Positions 39,711 through 47,432 of a DNA stretch of 64,000 nucleotides are shown piece by piece (position 1 is the stretch's first letter; every line of letters starts with the position of its first letter). Position numbers and translations under genes: made by a program. Origin of the DNA: an uncultured Pseudomonadales bacterium (GTDB taxonomy: Bacteria; Patescibacteriota; Microgenomatia; UBA1400; Chazhemtobacteraceae); contig CAYQZQ010000001.1 of the NCBI GenBank assembly GCA_964422035.1, forward strand, positions 313,013-377,012, read 5' to 3'. Under the pieces are notes generated by a model. That model was not told where the DNA came from and made no database searches. It saw only the letters and a program-made list of their open reading frames with translations.

Positions 39711-40952
39711 CTATTGACCAGTAATAACTACGGCATCAAACTGGGAGTCATCATCAAGCTGGGAAGACAAGGTGGCTGTAAAATCCTCTCCTAGTGAGTC
39801 CTCTATAGCTTGATAAAGCTTTGAGGGAGCTTGAGGATGAAGTTGGACTTGAGTAAGCTGGTAATCATAACGACCTGCGTTGCCGGTATCAATGTCTGCA
39901 AAACCAGCTTCTTCTAGCAGCTCTTGCATCTCTCCTGCTTGTCCGGGAGTACCAGTGCCGTTTAAGACCTGAATATTAAATTGGGTAAGATCCAGAGGAG
40001 TTGGAGTAGGGGTTGGAGTGGGGGTGGCTGTTGGTGTGGGTGTGGAGGCTGGTGAAGAGACAAAAGGAAGGGACCGATTGGAAACCAATAAACCACCGAT
40101 GAATAAGCCCGCAATAATAACTATTCCGATAATAACAGCTAGGATTGTAGTATTGACTGGCGCTTTGGTAACAGGCGAGGCTTGTTCTTCTTCTATATCT
40201 AAAGGGGTGATTGAAGGAACCAGAGGATGATTGGTATCTAAAGGGTTTTTAACTAGATATTCTAGAGGCTTAAGATCAACTTCTTGCTCTTTGATTGTTT
40301 TAGGAAGATCAGGTAAGTTCTCGGGAAGATTGTGATACAAAAGCTTGGGGCGAGTGTTGAAGTTGTCGATACATAGCTTCATTAGATCAGTTATTTTTTT
40401 ACTGGTTAAACGAGCAAAGGTTTTGGGCTGGAAGCTTAGTTTTTGATAAACCAGTTGAACTATGCCGCGAGAATCATCTAAGCCAGCCCAGGCAAGGAGA
40501 AAGGGGGCTTGTTGATCGGCTGATAAAGTGGCTAGTACGTCCGAGATTGAGAAAATACCTGCAATATGAAGTTTGTTGGCAAATGCAGCGGTAGACAGAT
40601 CATCTAAAAGATCAAGAGGCATGGCTACTACATGTATAAAGTCATCCTGGATGTTAAAAGCAATAGAGTCAGAGGTGATATCAAAATCAACTTGATCGGC
40701 GGTTTCAAGTAGGACATGATCTGGATCGGTTCTTTCAAAGTCTGTTAGATTAATAACTTTATAAAGCTTAGGAGAAAGAACAACCTGGACACTTTTAAGA
40801 TTAAGCTGATCTTGAATTTTTTCAAAGACTGGACCAAGGCTCTGCTCTTCTCTATCCATTTCATAGGTATCAAACGATCCATTGTTGGGAACAAGAAGGC
40901 GTATTTTATCTGGTGTGAGATACAAAAGTGATGGTTGAGATTTAATGGCCAT
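39711..40952 (-). CDS. Bitopic membrane protein with Pro/Thr linker and LytR C-terminal-like domain
   Basis: Single TM helix, TPTPTATPTPTPTP, then VLNGTGTPG.A, .GNA and VITG. Start placed at ATG 40952, 6 nt after TACAAT. Confidence 0.8.
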   Translation of the reverse strand: MAIKSQPSLLYLTPDKIRLLVPNNGSFDTYEMDREEQSLGPVFEKIQDQLNLKSVQVVLSPKLYKVINLTDFERTDPDHVLLETADQVDFDITSDSIAFNIQDDFIHVVAMPLDLLDDLSTAAFANKLHIAGIFSISDVLATLSADQQAPFLLAWAGLDDSRGIVQLVYQKLSFQPKTFARLTSKKITDLMKLCIDNFNTRPKLLYHNLPENLPDLPKTIKEQEVDLKPLEYLVKNPLDTNHPLVPSITPLDIEEEQASPVTKAPVNTTILAVIIGIVIIAGLFIGGLLVSNRSLPFVSSPASTPTPTATPTPTPTPTPLDLTQFNIQVLNGTGTPGQAGEMQELLEEAGFADIDTGNAGRYDYQLTQVQLHPQAPSKLYQAIEDSLGEDFTATLSSQLDDDSQFDAVVITGQ

Positions 40953-41036
40953 AAGTTCATTGTACAAAATTATGAAAGTTGCACAACTTAAGCTGTTTGC
41001 TATGCTAGTAATAGTTATAAATTCAAAAAAATTAAA

Positions 41037-41801
41037 ATGTTCGAACTAAATGGAAAGTATGCACTAGTAACTGGTGCCTCAAGAGGAATTGGAAAAGGAA
41101 TAGCTTTGTCGCTGGCAGAGCAGGGAGCTAATGTAGCCATTAACTACCGATCAAGTATTGACCTGGCACATCAGGTGCAAAAGGAGATTGAAGAGATGGG
41201 TCAGGAAGCACTTGTAATTCAAGCCGACGTATCTAAATCAGAAGAAGTGGCTTTGATGTTTGAAAAAATTAAACAAGAATGGGGACAGCTGGATATCTTG
41301 GTTAATAATGCAGGCATCGTACAGTTTAAAGACTTTGAAGACATCAGTGAAGAAGACTGGGACAAAGTCTTGGATGTGAATCTTAAAGGTCAATTTTTAT
41401 GCTCTCAAGAAGCTGTAAAGATAATGAAGAAAAATAGCTGGGGAAGAATAATTAATATTGCCTCGATTGCATCAGGAGATGTGGGAGTTGGTTTTATGCA
41501 AACTACTCATTACACGGCCTCCAAAGGTGGAGTTAAAGGCTTAACCGAGAACATGGCTTTGGAACTGGGTAAGTACGGAATTAATGTCAACGCTATCGGA
41601 CCTGGTGTGATTGAAACAGACATGACACAGGGAATGGTAGATGATAAGCAAACCAAGGAAGGCATGCTGCAAAGAATTCCTAAAGGCCGAGTGGGTAAAA
41701 TTGAAGATATCGGTGCTGCTGCCGCCTTTTTAGCCAGCGAGGAAGCTGACTACATTACCGGAGCTGTCTTGTACGTAGATGGCGGCTGGTTGGCAGACTA
41801 A
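41037..41801 (+). CDS. Classical SDR oxidoreductase (FabG-like)
   Basis: TGASRGIG, NNAG, YTASK, PG.IETDM, DGG. Confidence 0.9.
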   Translation: MFELNGKYALVTGASRGIGKGIALSLAEQGANVAINYRSSIDLAHQVQKEIEEMGQEALVIQADVSKSEEVALMFEKIKQEWGQLDILVNNAGIVQFKDFEDISEEDWDKVLDVNLKGQFLCSQEAVKIMKKNSWGRIINIASIASGDVGVGFMQTTHYTASKGGVKGLTENMALELGKYGINVNAIGPGVIETDMTQGMVDDKQTKEGMLQRIPKGRVGKIEDIGAAAAFLASEEADYITGAVLYVDGGWLAD

Positions 41802-41803
41802 TC

Positions 41804-41831
41804 TTGACAGGAAAAGACAGAGGTTTAATAT
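41804..41831 (+). promoter_or_regulatory. Sigma70-type promoter preceding the riboswitch
   Basis: TTGACA (41804-41809), 16-nt spacer, TAATAT (41826-41831). Confidence 0.65.
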
Positions 41832-41840
41832 AAGGATAAG

Positions 41841-41946
41841 CGACTGTGTTGAAGGAATGCGGTGTGAATCCGCAGCTGTGCCGCAACTGTGATCCCTTAG
41901 GGGCAAGCCAGAAAACTAGCAGTCGATAAGTATCTCGTGCAGGAGA
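41841..41946 (+). ncRNA. Compact cobalamin (B12) riboswitch
   Basis: AAGGAA-TGCGG-TGTGAAT-CCGCA T-loop hairpin, GCAACTGT, B12-box AAGCCAGAAAAC, closing helix CGACTG/CAGTCG, and a downstream hairpin TCTC-GTGCAG-GAGA over the RBS. Confidence 0.8.
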
Positions 41947-41951
41947 AATTT

Positions 41952-42977
41952 ATGGAAAGACAACAAACGGAAAAACTAGCATTCGATCTGAGAAAATACG
42001 CATCAATTGAGAGTCCGCAGTTGGCACAACAAAGACTGGCTGAAGACTTGTCAGGACTATCGCTGGAGCTGGCAGAGACGGAAGAGATGAGAATTACCCC
42101 TTTTTACTGGGAACAACGAGGAGATAAATTGGTAGCTCCGGATTTTGATGAAGATACAGACGTATTGGAGATGATTGAAGTTAATGACAGACTTGACCAT
42201 CTTGAGTACATGGCTAGTGCACGCATTAAGGAATACATACTAAATCAAGACAGCTTTCCAATTGTAACTATCTGGCTATCCCCTCCTTTTGAGGATGACA
42301 GTGAAGAGTATCCGGAAGGGAGAATCAATATCGGCATCGGCAGAAAAAAAGATCAGATAAAGATAGTTGATAATTGGGGGATTGCCAGTAAATGGAATCA
42401 GGAGACGTTTGTTGAGCTGGGCAACTGGTTGACGAATTTTTCTGATAAACCTGATAGGGAATATCAAAACAGCGACCAACTAAGAAGTGAGCCTATTTTT
42501 ATTGATAAGAGCAAGATGGGAGGCAAGGAACCTTTGGGCTTTTTGCAGGAAATTATTCCTTTGGAAGATGAAGTTTGGAATCAAATTACCTCAAACGAGA
42601 TCAAGGTTTTAAAGGAGAAAAACATCAAAGAGGCCAAAATTATCGCCAAGGAAGCTGTTGCTAAAATGGGAAAAATTAAAAATAGAGAAGATTGGTATTA
42701 TCTGGGAGCAATGATTGAAGAAAGAATGCAAAAACAGATTGGTTATGGTTTTAGATCCAACTCTGGTTGCGGAGTACTGAATTCAGAAAAGGTAGTCTCA
42801 AGCTATGCATACAGCCATACCTCAGTAGACAGCGGAGGAAAGGCAGAAGTGAAGACATTGACCAGCGAAGAAGCAAAATATGTCAAAAAATGCGGCAACT
42901 GCGGAGCAACGATAGAGAAAAGAATTAGTGCGGGATACACCTGTTCTGAGTGTGGCGGTGTTTACAAAGGTTGCTAG
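41952..42977 (+). CDS. Hypothetical protein with C-terminal Zn-ribbon (CxxC...CxxC...C)
   Basis: Long ORF with AGGAG RBS before ATG 41952; ends CGNCG...CSECGGVYKGC. Confidence 0.75.
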   Translation: MERQQTEKLAFDLRKYASIESPQLAQQRLAEDLSGLSLELAETEEMRITPFYWEQRGDKLVAPDFDEDTDVLEMIEVNDRLDHLEYMASARIKEYILNQDSFPIVTIWLSPPFEDDSEEYPEGRINIGIGRKKDQIKIVDNWGIASKWNQETFVELGNWLTNFSDKPDREYQNSDQLRSEPIFIDKSKMGGKEPLGFLQEIIPLEDEVWNQITSNEIKVLKEKNIKEAKIIAKEAVAKMGKIKNREDWYYLGAMIEERMQKQIGYGFRSNSGCGVLNSEKVVSSYAYSHTSVDSGGKAEVKTLTSEEAKYVKKCGNCGATIEKRISAGYTCSECGGVYKGC

Positions 42978-43019
42978 AGTATTGACTGCTATAGCAGATA
43001 GTGTGCTAAGCTGAAATCA

Positions 43020-43685
43020 GTGGCAAAAGAAAGTTATAAAGGGGAAGTAAAAGCTCCGGTTATTCCAATGAGGTTTGCAAAAGGAGGCAGGGTGAGTTGG
43101 TGCAAGGTTCAAAAGGGGGACACAGTAAAAAAGGGCCAAGCGCTAGCAGGCCTTGACTCAAGAGAGTTGGAAATACAACACAAGATAGAACTAGCTGACT
43201 ACCAAAGAGTCAGAGCAGAGTTTGATAAGACCAGCCGGCAGATTCCAGAAGCTAAAACGGACGATGAGAAAACAGAGAAACAAATTGCCCAAGCGAAACT
43301 TGATAAAGCGGTTAAGTCAGTTGAGAAAACTCAGTTGGGGCTAGATGAGATGACTTTGCTTAGTCCAGTTAATGGGATAGTGATTGAGGACAGTGATTTG
43401 CGAGCAGGAATGAGAATCAGCCCGGCAAGTTTTGAGATTGAGATAGCTGATATGGATCAAGTGGTAGTGGAAACAGAGATTGAGCTTGAAGTGATTCGAG
43501 AAAACAAGTTATCAAAAGGCAGTAAAGCAAAACTTATATTAGGCGGACAGGAGATGGAAACAGAGATAATCTGGATGGATAATATGGCTGAAAAGGGAAA
43601 TTTGGAGGTATTGTTTAAGATACCTGAGGGACTTGAGTATGTTTTGGGCGAAAAGGGTGAGATTGAGCTTGTTGTTGAAAGCTAG
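43020..43685 (+). CDS. HlyD/membrane-fusion (periplasmic adaptor)-like protein without an N-terminal anchor
   Basis: G.V....V.KGD.VKKGQ.LA.LD lipoyl half-motif, coiled coil, L.SP.NG.V. Confidence 0.8.
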   Translation: MAKESYKGEVKAPVIPMRFAKGGRVSWCKVQKGDTVKKGQALAGLDSRELEIQHKIELADYQRVRAEFDKTSRQIPEAKTDDEKTEKQIAQAKLDKAVKSVEKTQLGLDEMTLLSPVNGIVIEDSDLRAGMRISPASFEIEIADMDQVVVETEIELEVIRENKLSKGSKAKLILGGQEMETEIIWMDNMAEKGNLEVLFKIPEGLEYVLGEKGEIELVVES

Positions 43686-43736
43686 GAGTAAGATGGACTG
43701 AAATACAGGTATGGAAAAGGTTATTGAATCAATTGG

Positions 43737-44027
43737 ATGGGGGTTAGCTGGATTGACGGTTGTAGGAGGAAGGAAGTTTTCAAGTATGGACTGGCTTTAA
43801 GTTTGATTGGAGCTGTAATTACTTTGTATCATTACTGGTTGCAGGTTGGAGGAGTGGAATCGGTGGCTTGTGGAGTAGTTGGGTACTCTCCTTCCTGCTC
43901 TAATTACTTCTTTTTGAGATTTGGCTATATCACTATTGCAATGATGACTTTGACTGCTTTTTCAATGGTTAGCCTACTTCTGGGCTGGACAGGACAGCTT
44001 CTAGACCAAAAAGAGTCTGATCTTTAA
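43737..44027 (+). pseudogene. C-terminal half of a DsbB/BdbC-type disulfide bond formation protein
   Basis: Y.L.LS.IG....YHY.LQ...C.......C.....FG.ITI..M.LTAF; the N-terminal CxxC (PC.LCW.QR) half is absent. Confidence 0.65.
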
Positions 44028-45018
44028 GGAAAGTTAACAAGGCCCCGCCACCGACAGAGACAAAATCAAATTCTTGCCAAGCATCAGCACGTGAGATAAG
44101 ACGATGGGTATCGCCTCCTCCGGCAATTTTGTATGCAGAGCTTTGGATGATAGCCTGCATGATTTTTTCAGTACCTTTATGATTTGGCGCTTGCTCATAT
44201 TTGCCTAGTGGGCCAGCCCAAGCGATGCTAGCTGCTTTGTCAATTATTCCTTCCCAGGTATTGATGGTTTCTTTGTTTATATCTAGCTTTTGCTCGTTTA
44301 ATTTGGCAACATTGATTTTGGCTGGATCGTAGTCGATTGCCTGCTTTTTAATATCAACAGGCAGCTTGCCGCCGACAAGGGTGATGTCTGCCCAGTCTTG
44401 AAGAAAATCAAGATATGAAACCTTGTCTGCTTTACTGCCCCCGATAACAAAAACTAAAGGTCTGTCTGGATCTTCAATCAAGTTATCTAAAGTTCTTAAC
44501 TCCAGCTCAAAGCGTAGACCAAGCAAGCCAGGGAGAATCTGAGGAACTTTAGTGATTGAAGCGTGATCTCTGTGAGAAGTAGCAAAAGTATCATTTACAT
44601 ACACATCAGCTAAAGAGGCTAGTTTTTGAGTAAAATCTTTGTCTGCCTGTCTTTCGCCAGGATGGAAACGGAGGTTTTCTAGCAAAACTAAACTGGAGTT
44701 TTCCTGGTCGATATTATCAAGCGTTACCAAAGGACAAAGTTTGTAGTTTTGGGTAAACCAGTTAGAGATGGGTTCTAGGCTAAGCTCAGAATCAGGCTGG
44801 CCGCCAGGACGACCTATGTGACCACAAAGAATTATTTTTTCTACACCTTTTTCTTTTAATACTTCAAGAGTGGGAACGGCAGTCTTAAGACGAAAGTCTT
44901 CATCAACAATTAATTCCTCCCCCTGCTTTCTTAAATCTTCATCACAGTCGATGCGGACTAAAGCTGTTTTACCGGAAAGATCCAAATCAGGATCAGATAA
45001 ATATGGAGTTTTCTTCAT
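43969..45018 (-). CDS. pgk: Phosphoglycerate kinase (short form)
   Basis: LVR.D, HIGRP, LLENLRF, YVND.F...HR.HAS, GG.K..K, GGGDT, VS.GGGA. Confidence 0.92.
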   Translation of the reverse strand: MKKTPYLSDPDLDLSGKTALVRIDCDEDLRKQGEELIVDEDFRLKTAVPTLEVLKEKGVEKIILCGHIGRPGGQPDSELSLEPISNWFTQNYKLCPLVTLDNIDQENSSLVLLENLRFHPGERQADKDFTQKLASLADVYVNDTFATSHRDHASITKVPQILPGLLGLRFELELRTLDNLIEDPDRPLVFVIGGSKADKVSYLDFLQDWADITLVGGKLPVDIKKQAIDYDPAKINVAKLNEQKLDINKETINTWEGIIDKAASIAWAGPLGKYEQAPNHKGTEKIMQAIIQSSAYKIAGGGDTHRLISRADAWQEFDFVSVGGGALLTFLKDQTLFGLEAVLSSPEVG

Positions 45019-45092
45019 AATGTTTATCATAACAAAAATAAGAAGAGAGCAGGAAACTGATCATTGAATTTTAGAAAGAGAGTGAAAATTTC

Positions 45093-45527
45093 CTATCTAT
45101 TTATAAACTCTTCTATTTGTTCGTGCGGAATTAAGACCTCCATTTTAATATCTTCACCAAAAACAGTTTTCGTGTATTCCTCAATTGGTACTGGTACGTC
45201 AAGCATTGGATCAAAGGCTTGACCGTCACAACAACAAACTTGATGAGCACCCCACGTTACTCTACCTTCGTAAATCGTTGGTGCTAATGTTTTTGAGTGA
45301 ATAAAACTGCCTTTACGTACATCTTCGGCAATTTTTGCTATATGTGGTTGTTTACCGGCGGCAATAAATAATTTTGCAATATCTATCGCAATTAGACTGC
45401 AATGTTCAGGGTAGCGACCGTCTGGCGATTTATAATCATTGGTGATAGTTGCGTGTTTTTCTCGTAGATAATCTAAAACTGTTTCTAGAATCTCTTTTGA
45501 TTCTACACTTGAAATTTTTTCATTCAT
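45093..45527 (-). CDS. Cassette 2 ORF: hypothetical protein with putative Cys-His-Asp triad
   Basis: AT-rich ORF immediately after the attC GTTAGGC; motifs EHCS, WGAHQV, AFDP. Confidence 0.7.
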   Translation of the reverse strand: MNEKISSVESKEILETVLDYLREKHATITNDYKSPDGRYPEHCSLIAIDIAKLFIAAGKQPHIAKIAEDVRKGSFIHSKTLAPTIYEGRVTWGAHQVCCCDGQAFDPMLDVPVPIEEYTKTVFGEDIKMEVLIPHEQIEEFINR

Positions 45528-45561
45528 ATGGGTGTTATTTTAATGTAAATTTTTCTATTTC

Positions 45562-45703
45562 GCCTAACGTTTAAGTATATGAGAAGTTTCGCACAATCCA
45601 CATTATTCTTCAATTAGTGTGTGCGAAATTTGGGTGAAAGAAATTTACATTCCTTTTTAAATCTTAATCGTAAATTTCTTGAACCTCATATACTTTGTTA
45701 TCT
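45562..45703 (-). mobile_element. attC-like recombination site (142 bp)
   Basis: On the minus strand: AGATAAC-A-AAGTATATGAG ... CTCATATACTT-AAAC-GTTAGGC, enclosing two internal hairpins; lies between two co-oriented ORFs. Confidence 0.8.
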
Positions 45704-45716
45704 GAAGTTTAATTTT

Positions 45717-46046
45717 TTATTTGTAGTCTAGCAGTTGGAAAATATCAATCGGCACTTCTTCGTATGGGTGTGCTTTTTTGATTGCATCAATAACATGATT
45801 AATTTTATCTTGCTCACAAATAAATTCAATTTTAACCTCAGCGACTTTTTCAATCTCACCTTGTTTGCCAATTGTGGGGTTAGAACCTTCCATTGGTAAA
45901 AAATATCCATGACCTTCACTCAAAAAAGCACAATAAGTATAATTGCCGATTACTCCTCCTCCAACTTTTCCAATTGCTAGACGGACTTTATCTGCTGAAT
46001 CTTTTGGACAGTATGTTTGTATTTTTACGACTTTACTTGGTTTCAT
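45717..46046 (-). CDS. Cassette 1 ORF: stand-alone PII/CutA-like domain of the NIF3/YqfO family
   Basis: GGGVIGNY..CAF, G.G.F.P..GSNP.IG, AHPYEE. Confidence 0.85.
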   Translation of the reverse strand: MKPSKVVKIQTYCPKDSADKVRLAIGKVGGGVIGNYTYCAFLSEGHGYFLPMEGSNPTIGKQGEIEKVAEVKIEFICEQDKINHVIDAIKKAHPYEEVPIDIFQLLDYK

Positions 46047-46064
46047 AGAAAAAAATTAAATATT

Positions 46065-46126
46065 AGATAACTCGTTATTATACGCACTTCTTCGTAATTA
46101 TTACTACCTATTGTGTATTATGCGAA
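46065..46126 (-). mobile_element. attI-like site
   Basis: Core GTTATCT (46071-46065) is exactly complementary to the attC left end AGATAAC; two upstream CG(T/C)ATAATA direct repeats 40 bp apart; adjacent to the 5' end of the divergent integrase. Confidence 0.7.
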
Positions 46127-46179
46127 AAAAATATTATTATTAATTAACTATGATCTTATTTTACTAAAAATAGATTGAT

Positions 46180-46998
46180 GTGCAAAAACAACTTATCAAA
46201 CTTAAAAAAGAGTTAAGAATTCGCGATTACAGCCCAAAGACCGTAAAAAGCTATTTATATGCGCTCAAAAAATATTTTTTGTTTAAAAACTCAGATTTGG
46301 AAGTCTTAGATACAGAAAACATAAAGAGTTTCTTGCTTAAGACTAAAAAGGAAGGAGTTTCTGCGCGGACTCGTAATCTTTACTTAAATGCCATTAAGTT
46401 TTATTATCGCGATATTGTAAAGAGTAAGAGAGAAATAAATATTCGATCAGCAAAGATAAGCAAAAATTTGCCAGTAGTACTTTCAAGAGAGGAAATAAAA
46501 AGACTGTTAAAACAGACGAAAAACTCAAAACACAAACTTCTTTTATCTTTGGCTTATGGGGCTGGATTACGAGTAAGTGAGGTGATAAGTCTTAAAGTTA
46601 AAGATATTGACTTAAAAGAATTAACGATTCATCTTAAAAACGCCAAGGGCAAAAAAGATAGATTAACTATTTTCCCAAATAAGATAAAGGCAGGCTTAAA
46701 GAACTTAATTGCCGAAAAAGGTAAAAATGATTTTGTTTTTTCCAGTCAGAGGGGTGGGAGTCTATCCGTAAGAACAGCACAAAAAGTTTTTAAGAATTCC
46801 TTAAAAAGAGCGAAAATTAAAAAACAGGCTACTTTCCATAGTTTGCGTCATAGTTTTGCCACGCATCTGTTGGAAAATGGGGTGGATGTACGTTATGTGC
46901 AGGAATTGCTTGGACACGAAAATATTCGAACTACACAAGGATATACGCAGGTGACTAATCTAAAACTAAAGAATATTGAAAGTCCATTATCTACTTAG
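46180..46998 (+). CDS. Integron-integrase-like tyrosine recombinase lacking the IntI-specific insertion
   Basis: N-terminal YS..T.K.Y SAM-like domain, LPVVLS..E, YGAGLRVSE, KG.KDR, HSLRHSFATHLLE.G.D.R..QELLGH....TT..YT. Confidence 0.9.
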   Translation: MQKQLIKLKKELRIRDYSPKTVKSYLYALKKYFLFKNSDLEVLDTENIKSFLLKTKKEGVSARTRNLYLNAIKFYYRDIVKSKREINIRSAKISKNLPVVLSREEIKRLLKQTKNSKHKLLLSLAYGAGLRVSEVISLKVKDIDLKELTIHLKNAKGKKDRLTIFPNKIKAGLKNLIAEKGKNDFVFSSQRGGSLSVRTAQKVFKNSLKRAKIKKQATFHSLRHSFATHLLENGVDVRYVQELLGHENIRTTQGYTQVTNLKLKNIESPLST

Positions 46999-47051
46999 AA
47001 AGATCGGTTTTTAGTAGTATAGATTACACAAGTTTTGGTAAACTTATGCTA

Positions 47052-47432
47052 ATGAAGAAAATTAAGGATTGGTTTTTGATAACTGGAGTGTTTTTGCTTT
47101 TAGACTGGTTATGGTTGGGAGTGGTTGGTCAAGGATTATATGAACAAGGTTTAAGTTTTGCTTGGGGAGATTTTCGAATGCTGCCGGGGATAATGGCTCA
47201 AGTGGTGATTGCCACTACTTTGTATCTAGTAGCTGAGAAGATTAATCAACATGAAAGTAAGTCGACGATCCTCTACTCTACTCTGGTGGGAATGGGAATA
47301 TATGCTACTTATGACTTGACTAATCTTTATCTATTTTCCCAGTGGCCGATTGGATTAAGCGTGGTTGATATTATCTGGGGAGGATTTCAGGGACTGGTCG
47401 CTGGTGGGCTGGTTAAAAAGCTTAATCAGTAG
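47052..47432 (+). CDS. DUF2177-like membrane protein
   Basis: LD.LWL, G..IYATYDLTN, W......DI.WG. Start placed at the second ATG. Confidence 0.8.
   Translation: MKKIKDWFLITGVFLLLDWLWLGVVGQGLYEQGLSFAWGDFRMLPGIMAQVVIATTLYLVAEKINQHESKSTILYSTLVGMGIYATYDLTNLYLFSQWPIGLSVVDIIWGGFQGLVAGGLVKKLNQ

Noticed and set aside
39996-40045. Short GGxGT-type tandem repeat
   Set aside because: Encodes the Pro-Thr linker of the LytR_C protein, with varied third codon positions; not a DNA-level repeat element.
41850-41915. Possible group II intron domain V, tRNA fragment or SRP RNA
   Set aside because: Lacks the catalytic triad/domain VI layout, a cloverleaf and the SRP loop motif; fits the cobalamin riboswitch pattern much better.
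43969-45018. pgk as a truncated pseudogene (about 350 aa)
   Set aside because: Substrate and nucleotide-binding motifs are present from N- to C-terminus in one frame; the shortening looks like internal loop loss.
46180-46998. Chromosomal XerC/XerD or prophage integrase
   Set aside because: No phage genes or tRNA attachment site nearby. The LPVVLS and KG.KDR motifs and the adjacent attI/attC cassette layout point to an integron-like role, although a Xer relationship is noted in the findings.
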